The notes under the pieces: generated by a model | The model's input: the letters and a program-made list of their open reading frames with translations, nothing else | Told to the model about the DNA's origin: nothing | Databases searched by the model: none | In this document: positions 51,291 through 64,000 of the stretch, in pieces | Position numbering within the stretch: the first letter of the stretch is position 1 | How the letters are laid out: each line of letters starts with the position of its first letter | Origin: Podarcis pityusensis | Lineage: Eukaryota | Length of the DNA: 64,000 nt | Assembly: GCA_964106645.2 (NCBI GenBank) | Contig: OZ067049.1 | Strand: one strand, 5' to 3' | Program-made: the position numbers and the translations under genes

Positions 51291-54200
51291 ATAAGGTTCA
51301 TGATGACCAAGTGGGCAACAGATCTTTAAAAATAAATAAATAAATGGAAGACAATCCCACTATTATGTATCTAGTCTTAAAGGAAAGAACGAGTTTCTTT
51401 GAATGTGGAAAAAACGTCGATGCACAGATTAAAGATGAAGCAAGCAAAAGACAAAAAGCTGCAGTTCTGGAAAGATGGAAACTGGCAAGGGAAGCAATGA
51501 AATTAGATCTCAGGAGATTGGGTGGAACAGTGATGAAATCAGGGAAAGAATCAGAGCGAGAGAGGCAAAAGAGAGAGAGAGGAAAGATGTAGAGGGGAAA
51601 ACAACAATGAAAAAATGAGAAAATACAGATCTGTGATTTTTTTATTTTTATTTTTGCCATATGATTACTCTTCTAGATAACCATTTCAAATAGGCAGCAA
51701 ACCTGCAATTGTCAGCCTTGGATTTGCAAAATAACAAAGCAGCAACTTGATATATGAGCTGTTGCACAATATTCGGGGCTGCATGACACCACTGTCTGTG
51801 CTTTTAGATGATAGGCATGAGGGCCCAGTTAAGCCAAATACAAATAATATTGTTATACACTCCATACTTTTCAAGCGGTGAAAAATTTCAGAGGCAGCAC
51901 TACACATGTTCCACTGCACTTGGAGGAGAGCTCACTGGAGACTTAGGTCTCCATTGCTGTATTTGGCCTATTTACAGGTAGTGCATCAGTGGAAGCAAGC
52001 AGTAAATATACAGGTTCTCAGCAGACCTCCATAGAAAGGCACCTTGCACCCCTAAGAGGCACTCAGCCACCAGCTAATTCTCAGCTCTCTCTCCATCCCT
52101 CTTTGTTCCAAAATGCTGCATTTGATCCTTCACACACACACACACACACACACACCAGCCTCTCATCATCTTCCAAGTCCTGACAGTCTTCACAAAAATT
52201 TGTCAGCATTTTAGTGTCAATTTCTTCTAATATACCCATGAGTGGCTGCAAAAAAAAATGCACTGCAAAATTCAGAGAGGCGTGAATTTGAAAGAATGGC
52301 TGTGTTTCGGTCCACCTCTTGTTTTGGGAAGGGTGAATTAAGTAAGTTCACTTTTAAATGTGAACAGAATAATATTTCTCCCCCCTCTCTTTGCTCACCT
52401 GAATTCTTTTGAGCTGTGAGAAGTTCCAGGGGTACTTTCTCAGGTTTGATTTTCTTTGGAAGGAGGTAACTGGAGATTTTTGGTTTCTTTACAACAAATA
52501 AATAGGTTGAGCATAGGTGGAGGTGAATCTTGAAGGCTCCAACAGATTGCCAAATCCACCACTCCCACATCAAAACTCTAGGGTGACAAGTCAGTTGCAA
52601 GGAGATTACAGATCCCCAAGAAACCCAGCTTTGTTCTCAGTCTGCCTCAAAAATGCCATATTCTCCATTTGGTTCTTCTAACATTCAGACCTAGCTTGCC
52701 CCTTCCTGCAGGTCCTTGGGTGGGGGTGGGATAAGGAGGAAAGGCATGTCTCTTCCAAAGCAATCTCTGTCTACTTCCTAGTAATTCAGGAAGATATAAC
52801 AAATAGTTCCCATGACAACAAATAATTCCCCAACAAATAGTGTCTGGCCACACTTGTCCAACCAATGTGACCACTTCAGCAGTCTACCTCTTGTCCAAAG
52901 TTCCCACTCTTACAATCATAGAAGCACATTATTTGGAAAACATCCTGAAGGTGATCCAGATCAATTCCAAGCTTGCAACACAAGATTTTACCTATGAATT
53001 CTTACGCCTTAATACAACGGGCCCCGGTTTGAAACCTACACTTGCCATGAACTCACTAAGTTAGCATAATGCAAGTCACTCTCTCTAAGCCTCATTTGCA
53101 CACCTGCAATTTGGGGATAACAACGATGACCTATCTTACAAGGTTAGCCTCTCTTATCACAGTGCTTTTTATCTTTTTGATGCCACAGACTAAGACAGCT
53201 ACTCTCCTTGGGAGCATTTGTATGCAGAAACAGTACTCAAGCAATGGATGGTACATGCAGCCCTCAGCAGTTTGGTCAACAACAACAACTACTGCTCTTC
53301 TCTTGCCACACTTGGGCTGCATTGAACAACTCTTTAAAATCAGGAAGTTAAATGAGTTGTTTTCTTTCACCCAAGTTACTGCTATTGGGCTCAGTGTCTT
53401 GAGTAGCAGCCTGATGGTACACAAATAATATTGTGGAATAAAGACCTTCCAGGGAAGTGATCAAATATGTACCCTCTGTGGAATTTGTTCATTCTACACT
53501 AGCAAGGAAAGGAAAGGTTCCTTAATAAGCCTCCTTGCCAGAGTCCAATTTATTTTGAAGACAGGCAATTGTCAGAAGTTACCAAGGAAATCCCCTAGGC
53601 CACAAAGCTCTAAAATTTCCACATTAAATACAAGCAATTAATTTGCCTGGACTAATTGCTTCATGACTAACTAGCGGCAGCACATTTTTGTAACTGTGCT
53701 TTATCATAAAAATGCCATCCATACATTCTATACACAAAATATTTCAATATCCCGACAAGGAACATCCTTTTTCTGACAACATATGGCAGATGAGAGATAA
53801 GCTAGCCAACAGGGTTCCTCCATTATCGTACGTATCCTTATATCCAACTGCCAAAACGTTTTCTCCAATCTGCTTGGGAGGCACAGTCACACTGTAGGAA
53901 GAATGGTTGACTCATCCTGTTTGGACTCTACCCACAGGGCTGGATTTATAATGGTGCAATTTGGCAGAATGTTGGAAAGTGGGAGCAGGCTTCATTTTTT
54001 CTTCTTCACCAAGCAATCAGTAATCCCTGGGGTCCTAAAGAGTTATGGACCCACTCCATGCACTTTTCTGACTGTATGTTTTTCAATACCATTTTACTTG
54101 AAAAGGTAAAATAGTAAAAACATGATTTTTTAAAAAAAAATCATTTAAAAATGAAAGCAGTCCACAATGACCCACCCCCAGTGGCTACAGGCCAAGGGAG

Positions 54201-54420
54201 TAAGCTCAGTTGAACACAAGGGGGATTAGTGTATCTAAAACACACAATAATCAGGCCAGATTAAGATTGGTTGAAACCTTGGATCTGCTCTCATCTGAGG
54301 GGTGAGGGGAGAAAAATATGGCTATTTATAGTATCAAGAAATACCACTCTGGTTAACAGAACCAAAATTTTATGCCTAGGATACAAGCAGTAAATTTCCT
54401 TTTGCAGCCATTTTGTGTCT

Positions 54421-55235
54421 CCTATGGCGCTGTGGGTTAAACCACAGAGCCTAGGACTTGCCGATCAGAAGGTCAGCGGTTCAAATTCCCGTGACGGGGT
54501 GAGCTCCTGTTGCCCGGTCCCTGCTTCTGCCAACCTAGCAGTTCGACAGCACGTCAAAGTGCAAGTAGATAAATATGTTGGAATAACGCCCGCCCGGGAG
54601 CTTTGCCAGCCTCCCAGACACTCCGGGGCGATTAATCCAGTGGTCACTCCCTGGCTGGAACCCAGGATTTTCTCCTCAGTCCAGAGAGACTGATGAATAA
54701 GTGACTTCTTCCTTCTGAGAGAAGCACACCAACTTCCTCCTGGCAATGCATCAGAAGAAAGAGAGCAGTTCGTAGACTTCAAGCTACTTTATTAAAACTG
54801 CATACAAAAACACACACATGACTGCACCTCTTGAGCAGCCCAGCTTCGGAGTCTTCGACTCAACACTGCTTCAGTCCAGAAGCGGAAGAAGGAACTGTAG
54901 CTCCACCCCGGTTACACACAGGACTGTCTGAGAACTGGCTCAGACTTCCTTTCTCATGGGCAGCTACATCACCTGATGTAAATAACCTTGTTACCCTTGC
55001 TGCTTCCTGGCAGCTTGTGGGAACTGAAATCCCAACAAAATAGGTACCGCTCTGGTGGGAAGGTAAACGGCGTTTCCGTGCACTGCTCTGGTTCGCCAGA
55101 AGCGGCTTAGTCCTGCTGGCCACATGACCCGGAAGCTGTACGCTGGCTCCCTCGGCCAATAAAGCGAGATGAGCGCCGCAACCCCAGAGTCGGCCACGAC
55201 TGGACCTAATGGTCAGGGGTCCCTTTACCTTTACT
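54421..55235 (+). mobile_element. Sauria SINE split by a solo LTR
   Basis: 5' half 54421-54575 and 3' half 55043-55235 rejoin as gtagataaataggtacc, as in the intact copies. Confidence 0.88.
54576..55037 (-). mobile_element. Solo LTR, 462 bp, nested in the SINE
   Basis: TGTTGG...CCAACA termini, perfect 5-bp TSD aaata, minus-strand AATAAA near 54790. Confidence 0.88.
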
Positions 55236-55949
55236 TATACTTTCACAACAGGTATGTAATGTAGGCTGGCTGAGTGTTGGTGACTAGCATGATGAGAAAA
55301 ATAATTCCTGTTACTTCTCAAGAAGCTACCGTGGGGGGAGGGAAGGGGGAAGGAGAAGAAAAGATCCCATTGGATTATTTTCAGCTCAACACCCTCCCTT
55401 CAACAAAGAGAAGAAGAAAAAGGACTGTAAAAGCTACTGTTGCCTTCACTACCTTGACCCTTTACTGGATTTTGGGTGTTCATTTCAATCTTGGCCATAG
55501 GATGGTTTCCATGAATTATTTTCTTGACCACGTAAGTTGGCAAACTCCTGATCCCCCCTCAAAGTGTCATGTATTCTTAGGTTCCTAAAGTTTGAGTAAG
55601 TTATTTAAAATTGCAGCTTTTGTTTAAGAGGCAGAAACACAAATGGAATAAAGATGTGCACACGTCTGCAATAACCAGGGTTAATAAAGCACCCCTTTAA
55701 AGGTAATGCCTTTTTGAAAGAACTTTAAAAATTAACACCAGTGATTACATTTAAATCAAGCAAGTCCTTTAATTAACACTGGAAGGGCTTTCAAACAATC
55801 ATTTGACTGTTCAAGACTGCTTCTTAAAAGTCTAGAGGGACTGCTTAGTTTGAAGAATAAGCATGAACCTCTGAATCTGTATTAGAAATCTATAATTGCC
55901 TCAGTCTAGCTTGTTATCATCATAGTCAGGAACTTTCTAGATGCACTTA

Positions 55950-56292
55950 GGTTGCTATCTTATATAATGTCTGCTTAATTTCCAGGGACATCCCTGATTT
56001 AGAGAAGCCGTCCCGGTTTCTGATTTGATCCAAGAATGTCCCACTTTTCCTTAGGATGTCCCTATTTTCACTGGAGAAATGTTAGCAGGTATGGAGTTAT
56101 CCAACCCCTGAGCTGTCTGAAGGCAATCCTGTATAGGGAAGTTTTTTTTAAAAAAAGTTTAATGTATTATATATGTTGGAAGCTGCCCAGAGTGGCTGGG
56201 GCAACCCAGTAAGATGTGTGGGGTATAAATAGTAAAATTATCATTATGGAATGGGATGTCCCTATTTTCATTGGAGAAATGTTGGAGGGTAT
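55950..56292. mobile_element. hAT-like non-autonomous element
   Basis: Repeated gtccc/gggac subterminal motifs and a duplicated ggatgtccctattttca..ggagaaatgtt segment. Confidence 0.55.
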
Positions 56293-59200
56293 GTTTTTGT
56301 ATACATGCTTTAACTATTCCAAAAACAGTATATATATTTTTAACAGACTACTATACATACATCATTTTACTTGTATGCAGTCTTTGCACCATTAAAACCC
56401 TGCTCAAGGCAACACACAACATGAAAAAATCTACATAATTACAAACACAAAAAAGTACCCATGAACAGTAAAACATCAAAAAAATTGAACCAAATTGAAA
56501 CAATTTCCACATAAATCATAACATCTAAAATAAAGATACAAAAATTAATATCAATAGCACACACAAATTCATGTTATGTATATCTGAAAACATTAAGTTA
56601 ATAAGCAAATGGAAGGTGGCTTTTGAGTTCATTTGGGAAAAATAAAAACAAACTTAGCCACCCATCTGCCTACTAGACCCTGATCAGCAGAGCCTGAGTT
56701 CACTGATTTTACCTGCATAATATAATAACACAGGTTTTTTTCCTTCAGCTGATCCTGTTCCTAAACCCCAGTTCTCATTAGTGATTTCAGTTATAAGATG
56801 TCGCAGTTATTTACGCTGTTTACAGTTCTCTCCCTGCCCCTCAAAGCCCAGTGCTCTGCAAAAGCCTCTCTGAATATATGTCTGTAATGCAGGATAATAC
56901 TTCATGCATCTGATGAAGTGAATTCTAATCAATGGAAGTTTTTGTCATAATAAAGGTGTTAGTTAAAGGTGCCACAAGACAGGCTACCGTTTTTGCTACA
57001 AGAGACCAACACAGTTACCACTCTGGAAACCATTGTTTATTTTTATGTAATCTGCTTCTCTCCCCCACCCCTGCACCCCCAATGTTCAAATTAATTGAAA
57101 TCAGTTGAGCTATAAGCAGGAGTTGCCCTAATAAAGTTGCCTTCTGAACAGTCATAGCTCTATTACCTGCTAAATAATCATACAGCAGATAGGATATTGC
57201 AATATTCAGAGACTTTTGTCACATCTGCACTATAGTGTGCTAGAAAGCAGAACATGACCATTCATCCCAGTCAAAGGATGCTAAGTATCAGCTTCCCACT
57301 GTTGTTTACCTTCTGGATATCTTCCCCATGAATGAATCTGCAAGGCCCCGATAACATTAATCAGTCTGTTATTTTATAGGTTCAAACAATGATGGTATTT
57401 CATTGTATGCATTATGTCACACGTGTCCTAAAAACAATTCTGTGATATAATTCTGCACTTCCTTCTCTTATCCGCCCCCACCCTCCAAATCTCAGTGTGG
57501 TATTCTTATCAGCTGAAATGGCCTGTTTCAATTGGAGCCTGCCAGAATAGGACATTACTTCTGCCAGGTGGATTGCAGTACATATTGGAGAGAATAAATC
57601 ATTTTGTCATTCCCAAGCAAACGTAAATTCATCTACTCCCACAGAAGACAACATCAAACAATAATGTCTGAGGCTGATTTGTTTTATTTTTTTACATTGG
57701 ACCAAATAGATAAAGGGGGAACGCTGTATGTTCCCCTCATGAGAGGCTGCTTCTTTTAGAAATCACATTTTACAAAATGATGCAAAGGAAGGAAAGACAC
57801 CTTTTCTGGTTTCCTCCTCTACATAAAAACAAATCCTGTGCAGCATAATCCCATCCATGTTTACTTGCAAATCCTACTTAATCCAATGGGGTTTACTCCC
57901 CAATCAACCAAGTGTGTATTGTGTAGCATTATGATAAATAATTGGGTTTCTTTCCAAACCTTTTCCTTACTTCTTTCTATTATAGGAAAACAGTGCTGTT
58001 TCACTATAATGAAAGGAAACCAGCAATTTAACGTCCCCTTTCCCTTGGGTAGCAGGAAAGCAGTAAAATGGGTTGAACCTACATACATAAAGCCTGGTGA
58101 GGAAAGACAATTGGCCAGAGCCTCTGAACTGCTGACCGCCTCTGCCTCCTCTTTCCTCAAGATGAGTTACTTGTCCCTTTAGGTGGGGAAACTGCAGGAC
58201 TGGAGTAAGGAAGGCCCTGCTAACTTTGTCTCAATTCTGTTAATAAGCACTGGAACCGATGAGCTTGCGTTTCGAAGCACTCCAAACCAAATGCACCACC
58301 ACTAAAATAAATTATATGCAACATAACCCCATGCATGCAAGTGCCCCCAACCACCTAGTGTTGAATTGTGTTACATGATTGGATTTGCACTTCTTTGAGT
58401 GATAAGCTGACTAGAGATACAAATACTCCAGCTTTTGACCTAAGAAATCACAACATTCTGTAAATACCAGAGCAGCCGTGGTGGAGTAAAACTCTACAAT
58501 GAGAAGCAAAGAGGATTAGGAAAAAAGAGAGGCTTCAGCCAAGTCCTACCAGGACAAATATATTGTCAGCTGTTGGCTATTTGTTATGGCCACTTTTGTG
58601 TGGAAGTATAATTATTTAAAGATCTGTTTGTTTTTATAAACTGGTGTTTAGAACACTCATATCTATCATAACTCACACCAACCAAGTCTTACAAAGGGGA
58701 AAACAAAGTTGGGGGTATAAGCTGAAACTGTTTAAGGCCAAGGCCAACAACATTTGAGTCGCTGGGCATCAACAGGAAGGGAAATGATGAAAGCCAGTGG
58801 AGCAGGTCCAGTTTCAAGCAGAAGAGGGCAATGTTGCTGTGCTGCATATGTATATTACATGTATACCACATCCAGTAGAATTAACACATTTCACCTCTTT
58901 TGAGTGAGTATGCAGACTGCAAATCTAATTGTAGCTGGGTGGTGGGGGAAGAGAATGCTTCTATTTCTGCATTTTTCAATCTAGGATGGGTAAGAAATAT
59001 CCATGTTGGGGGTAGGGAGTCATTATTTTGCTCACCTGATATTACGTAAGGCAGATGAAAGTGCAATTACAGAAAGAACAGTAAGCTGTGATATATATAT
59101 AGAGAGAGAGACAGAGAGTGTGTTTCAAATACCTGAAATAAATCAGTTTATTCTGGCCTGAATATGAAATTACTAGATATCTATACATGATGTTTGAACT

Positions 59201-60747
59201 GATCTCCCCCCCCCCCTTTCTACATGAAAAATTGGTCTGAATATTAAATAAAGGATTATTTATACAATGTTTGAACTGCTCTCTTTAAACATTTGACTAG
59301 AATAAGGGAAACTCACTCTACTTCTTGTCAAACCTTCATAGCAACCTGGACTTCAATGAAGCTGAAATTAGGGCTGAACCAAAAAAAACTTGCTTCACAC
59401 CCACATCACACATTTAAACCACACCTACACAATTTTAACAGTCATAGCTCCTCTAAACAAATACTCGGAACTGCAATTTGTTAAGGGTCGCCTATCCGTT
59501 CCCAGAACCTTTAGCAAATTACAATTCCCAGGATTCTTTGCGGTAAGCCCTTATCATTAAAGTGGTATAGGAAAGCTTTTGGCTGGATATTACCTTGAAC
59601 TCTGCAAGTAACAATAGTATGCCATCTTTGAGGAATCAATGAAGCTGGTTTTGCAAACAGTTCTTAAACCACCTATTTCCTTGACAGCTTTAGAAATATT
59701 CCTATCACAAATGACCACTTGAGCTTCTCATGTATTTAAGCAGGCTTTGCCTAGCATCTGGTTTTCTTTTTCTTTCAAAGTATAGAAGAATGGAGATGTC
59801 AGTCATTAAAAGCAAGAGTTTCAGGTATACCAAGGATTTGAAATGGTTCTTTAATTGCCAGAGCTATTACATCTTTATGGTAAATAAAGTTTCTGTTTTA
59901 CAGCTTCATCCATAGCCCTTTAAATGAGGCTCTTCCTACTTTGACAATATACCTTCCATAAAAATGGTTTGCTGTGTTCTCTCTACTTGAAACAAATTTT
60001 GTGCCCTTGACACTTCTAGGCCAGTGATCTTCAATGGGTTGGTTGGGACACAGAAGTGTTGCTACCACCACCATTTTGTTCTGTTGGAAGGACAGTTTCC
60101 ATCAGTTTATTGCTGGGCTACATCCCCTTATGTATGAGATTCTGAATATGGGTTCTATGTTGCTGGTTGGGCTTTCAGATAGATCCCATCTCTTGGCTTG
60201 CTGAAGATCACTGTTCTTGACATATGGATTTCTTCCATAATGGAATCTTTCAAGCCAAAATAGCAAAAATAGTTTGAATGGGTTTTGAAGTTTGTGGGGG
60301 GGGGGGGAATAAAGCGTAGCTACTATTCTGTACCCAGAGAACCCATCATAATATAACCCTGTACTATGAGAATATAAACAAGTAGGGTGAGGGTTATAAG
60401 GCTTCCTTATTCTAATGCTATATTTAATTCCCCCAACACACAGTACATTATTATCACTCTTCCAACGAACTATCCACCTTGCTTTCATCACTTGTAACTA
60501 CTCTTTAGACAATTTACTGCCCGACTGTACAAAATGAAATCCAATATCTCATAAAACAAGATATACTTCAGCCCCTGAACAAGATGGAGAACTCTTAATA
60601 AGTAGAGCTCCTTCTACATCCTGCCTTATGTGCACAAACTGCAGCTTTTTTCAATTTCTACATAGCAAAGTGAATAAAGAGGCAAAAGCACAACTGATTT
60701 ATGTTTGTTTTAATCTAATGTTAAGGTATGCTGGAAGCATCATCTAT

Positions 60748-60749
60748 AA

Positions 60750-60789
<40 letters not shown>

Positions 60790-61045
60790 TTATTTTATTT
60801 ATACCCCACCCATCTGGCTGAGTTTCCCCAGCCACTCTGGGCGGCTCCCAATCAAGTGTTAAAAACAGTACAGTGTTAAATATTAAAAATTTCCCTGAAC
60901 AGGCCTGCCTTCAGATGTCTTTTAAAGATAGGATAGCTGCTTATTTCCTTCACACCTGAAGGAAGGGTGTTCCACATGGTGGGAGCCACTACCAAGAAGG
61001 CCCTCTGTCTGGTTCCCTGTAACCTCACTTCTCGCAATGGGAAAC
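60748..61045 (-). mobile_element. L2 LINE 3' end with (ATT)n tail
   Basis: Long ATT microsatellite followed by ataccccacccatctggctg..ccccagccactctgggcggct. Confidence 0.75.
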
Positions 61046-61454
61046 CTGTGGTGTGTAGACCTAATTAGATCCACAAGGCCTTGCCATTTGGTCTGTAGTT
61101 TGGTCCATAGTTTATTCCTTAAAAACAACATCATCAACAACAATAACCCAACTGGATGGAATGGGCCACGTCTTTTACGGTGGAAGTGTATATCCATGGA
61201 TGTGGAAACAGTTGTTAGCTAAATTTCCTCATCAACTACCTAGATCATTTACATCAGAGATGGAACTTCTCTCACCTTTGGTCTAAAGCACCACCTGCCT
61301 TTGTCAAGAAGCCAGGTTTAACAGGCCTCAAAATTCTGTAAGAATCATGAGGGAGCCCCTCAGTCCCCTTTCTACATTTGTCTTGAGTGTCCACTTGCAC
61401 TCTTTTGGGAGCGATACATTTCCTTTGTTTAGCATAGCGTTAAGTGGCCCACAT

Positions 61455-61833
61455 GGGACATGGGTGGCACTGTGGTCTAAACCACTGAGCCTCTTGGGCT
61501 TGCTGATCAGAAGGCTGGCAGTTCGAATCTGCACAACGGGGTGAGCTCCTGTTGTTCTGTTCCAGCTCCTGCCAACCTAGCAGTTCGAAAGCATGCCAGT
61601 GCAAGTAGATAAATAGGTACCGCTGTGGTGGGAAGGTAAACAGTGTTTCCATGTGCTCCGGCTTCTGTCACGGTGTTCCATTGCGCCAGAAGCAGTTTAG
61701 TCAAACTGGCCACATGACCCAGAAAGCTGTCTGTGGACAAATGCTGGCTCCCTCAGCCTGAAGCGAGATGAGCGCCGCACCCCATAGTCACCTTTGACTA
61801 GACTTAATCATCCAGGGGTCCTTTAGCTTTTAC
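61455..61833 (+). mobile_element. Sauria SINE
   Basis: Full-length homologue of the 14679 copy. Confidence 0.87.
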
Positions 61834-62668
61834 CCATGTGGCCAGGACTTCCACATGGGAAAGATTTAGCCCAGGACAACAGAACCAAAGGAACAGTGGT
61901 CTAATTGGCAGTCAGGCCAGATTGTTTTGTTTTTCCTTCATTTCTGTTACCTAGAGCTAATACAACAAGCAGCACAGGTTCTTTACATCATGTACTGCTT
62001 TACATTTAAAGGAGAACTTTGAGTCAAAAGAACAGAGAGAGCTCTGCTGATTAAAGTCCAGAGCTTTCCAATAGCTCCCTCTGGGCATAAAATGAGTGAG
62101 TGGTTTGAAGCTTCAGGTATGCAAGCCTAATAACACATTTCAAATATATTGCCAAATACATTCAGAAGGGTTTACAATCAGTAACAGCCAGATAAATCCC
62201 ATTTAGGAAAAGTAATACAGGGAAAAAACCAAAGAACAATGCAAGCATCCTTCAATCACTATTAGTTATGTTAACTGTAGGGATGGATAAACCTGGCAAT
62301 TTTGGTTCTCCCCAATTTCTCATTTCTCTTAAATTCAGTTCTCCAGCAATTTCTGCAGCAATTTGTGAATCTTTTAAATGAAAAAATCCTCATGAAAATT
62401 CTTCATCATTTTACTGCAATTTTCTCCATGTGTGTGTGTGCAGTTTTAACCAATAAGCATTTCTCTGGTACAGCTGGTTTAAAAAGGCAAGTGGTAGACC
62501 AGTTTGAAGCCAGGCAGGGTTCAAGGTTTCACTCAGGCCCACCTGGAATGACCCACCCCTAAGCTTGCCCATGATTTGGCCTTTTAAATTTAAAAATGAC
62601 CCGTTTGAATTTGGTGTGCTTTCCATAACCCCACATAGTCGGTGTAGGAGACATGTCATCCATCTTGC

Positions 62669-63466
62669 AGTGGCCAACCAGGTGCCTAAGTCCACAAATG
62701 AGATATGAGCACGAGAGCACTCTCCCACTCATGATTCTTAGCAACAGCAAAGGATTCATCCCCTGCCATTGGCCATGGCCATGCCACAACCACCGCTGCC
62801 CATGGGAACTGTAAGAGGGGGTTTTGTGGCACATAATATCCCCTAATAAAATGCATTTTGGTGTGCCAGTCTTGCTAAGATGTGCATTTTTATGCAAACT
62901 TTCTACTAATACATGCATTTTTGGATACATTGCTTGGTTGCAGAACTGCATCACAACATTTGGAGAAGTGCAAATTTCAATGGATTAGTGTGTCTTAGTT
63001 CATATATTACCGTATTTTTTGCTCTATAAGACTCACTTTTTCCCTCCTAAAAAGTAAGGGGAAATGTGTGTGCGTCCTATGGAGCGAATGCAGGCTGCGC
63101 AGCTATCCCAGAAGCCAGAACAGCTAGAGGGATCGCTGCTTTCACTGCGCAGCGATCCCTCTTGTTGTTCTGGCTTCTGAGATTCAGAATATTTTTTTCT
63201 TGTTTTCCTCCTCCAAAAACTAGGTGCGTCTTATGGTCTGGTGCGTCTTATAGAGCGAAAAATACGGTAGTTTGAGAAGTCTCAATTAGGTAGATTCTTG
63301 TTTAAATACAAACAACACCACATTTCTCCCTCATCCCTAGCTGGCTGGGAACTCTCTCCAGTATCAGAGACAGTCTGCTCTGAACACCTGTTGCTAAGAA
63401 TCATGAGTGGGAGAGTGCTCTCATGCTCATATCTCATTTGTGGACTTAGGCACCTGGTTGGCCACT
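62669..63466. repeat. Inverted repeat with 79-bp arms (62669-62747 / 63388-63466)
   Basis: 78 of 79 positions are reverse-complementary; 640-bp spacer. Confidence 0.92.
63010..63267. mobile_element. Tc1/mariner (Tc2/pogo-like) MITE, 258 bp
   Basis: TIRs ccgtattttttgctctataagac / gtcttatagagcgaaaaatacgg; TA TSD. Confidence 0.88.
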
Positions 63467-64000
63467 ACGAGAACAGAATACTGGACATGCCTTTGGTATA
63501 TGATCCAGCAGGGCTCTTCTTACAACTACCACTCACGGAGGAGGAGGAAGATGCAAATGTTTCAAGCAGTGTGGTCTACTGCAAAAAAGGGCTTTCCCTT
63601 TTGAACATAATTATTTTTGCTCAGCAGTGAAACTGCATCAGCTCCTGCTTCTATTTGCTAGTGTGCCTTTTTGTTAATGCGCCTGCTGCAACTAAGCTGC
63701 TAGCCAGGAGGTTTCAATCAAAAAAGCCCCATTGCTGTTTCTCTGGTCACCCACACAGCAAAAAGGAAGTTGAACTGTTTGATGACATGGCTCTTATGGT
63801 TTGGGCTTCAGCCTTCTTTCAGGAGTCGGCTGCCAAAAGCTTGGCTTGCCCAGACAATGCATTGTAGGCGGTGACTTCACTGGAATTGAAGTGCTTAGGA
63901 ACCAGGAACTAATCCATGGAGACCACAGGTATGTCATATATCTTGTGATCAGGAAAGCATAACTTGCACTCCCATTTAAAGTTAGAGCAGATGTGCTTAC

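Noticed and set aside
62559-63630. Two ORFs sharing LLLRIMSGRVLSCSYLICGLRHLVGH, suggesting duplicated genes
   Set aside because: The shared peptide is just the 79-bp inverted duplication of a repeat fragment.

Overview
Vertebrate genomic DNA, most likely a lacertid lizard (inferred from Sauria/Squam1 and Squam3-type SINEs, Bov-B, CR1, L2 and many hAT and Tc1/mariner MITEs). Two minus-strand genes lie in tandem, in the order I recall for human 10p12. (1) The 3' end of MALRD1 (Diet1 orthologue) is assembled from five phase-consistent GT-AG exons: 49752-49834, 49563-49659, 39717-39780, 35801-35866 and 32957-33040. They encode the end of the EGF domain, the TM helix and a tail with two FxNPxY motifs; the poly(A) signal is near 32650. 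(2) About 24 kb downstream are the CpG-island promoter and first coding exon (8382-8493, signal peptide) of PLXDC2, with 1-8381 being intron 1. The rest is intron or intergenic sequence dense in transposons. I see no convincing new multi-gene system. The best leads are a candidate in-frame alternative terminal exon of MALRD1 that would replace the NPxY tail with a 153-aa NPxY-less tail, a 66-nt MALRD1 exon missing from the human sequence I recall, a complete 1.7-kb ORF-less L1-dependent element with a 15-bp TSD, a 79-bp templated inverted duplication, and several nested insertions with exact TSDs. Gene identities rest on remembered human protein sequences, not a database search. Boundaries of old repeats are approximate.
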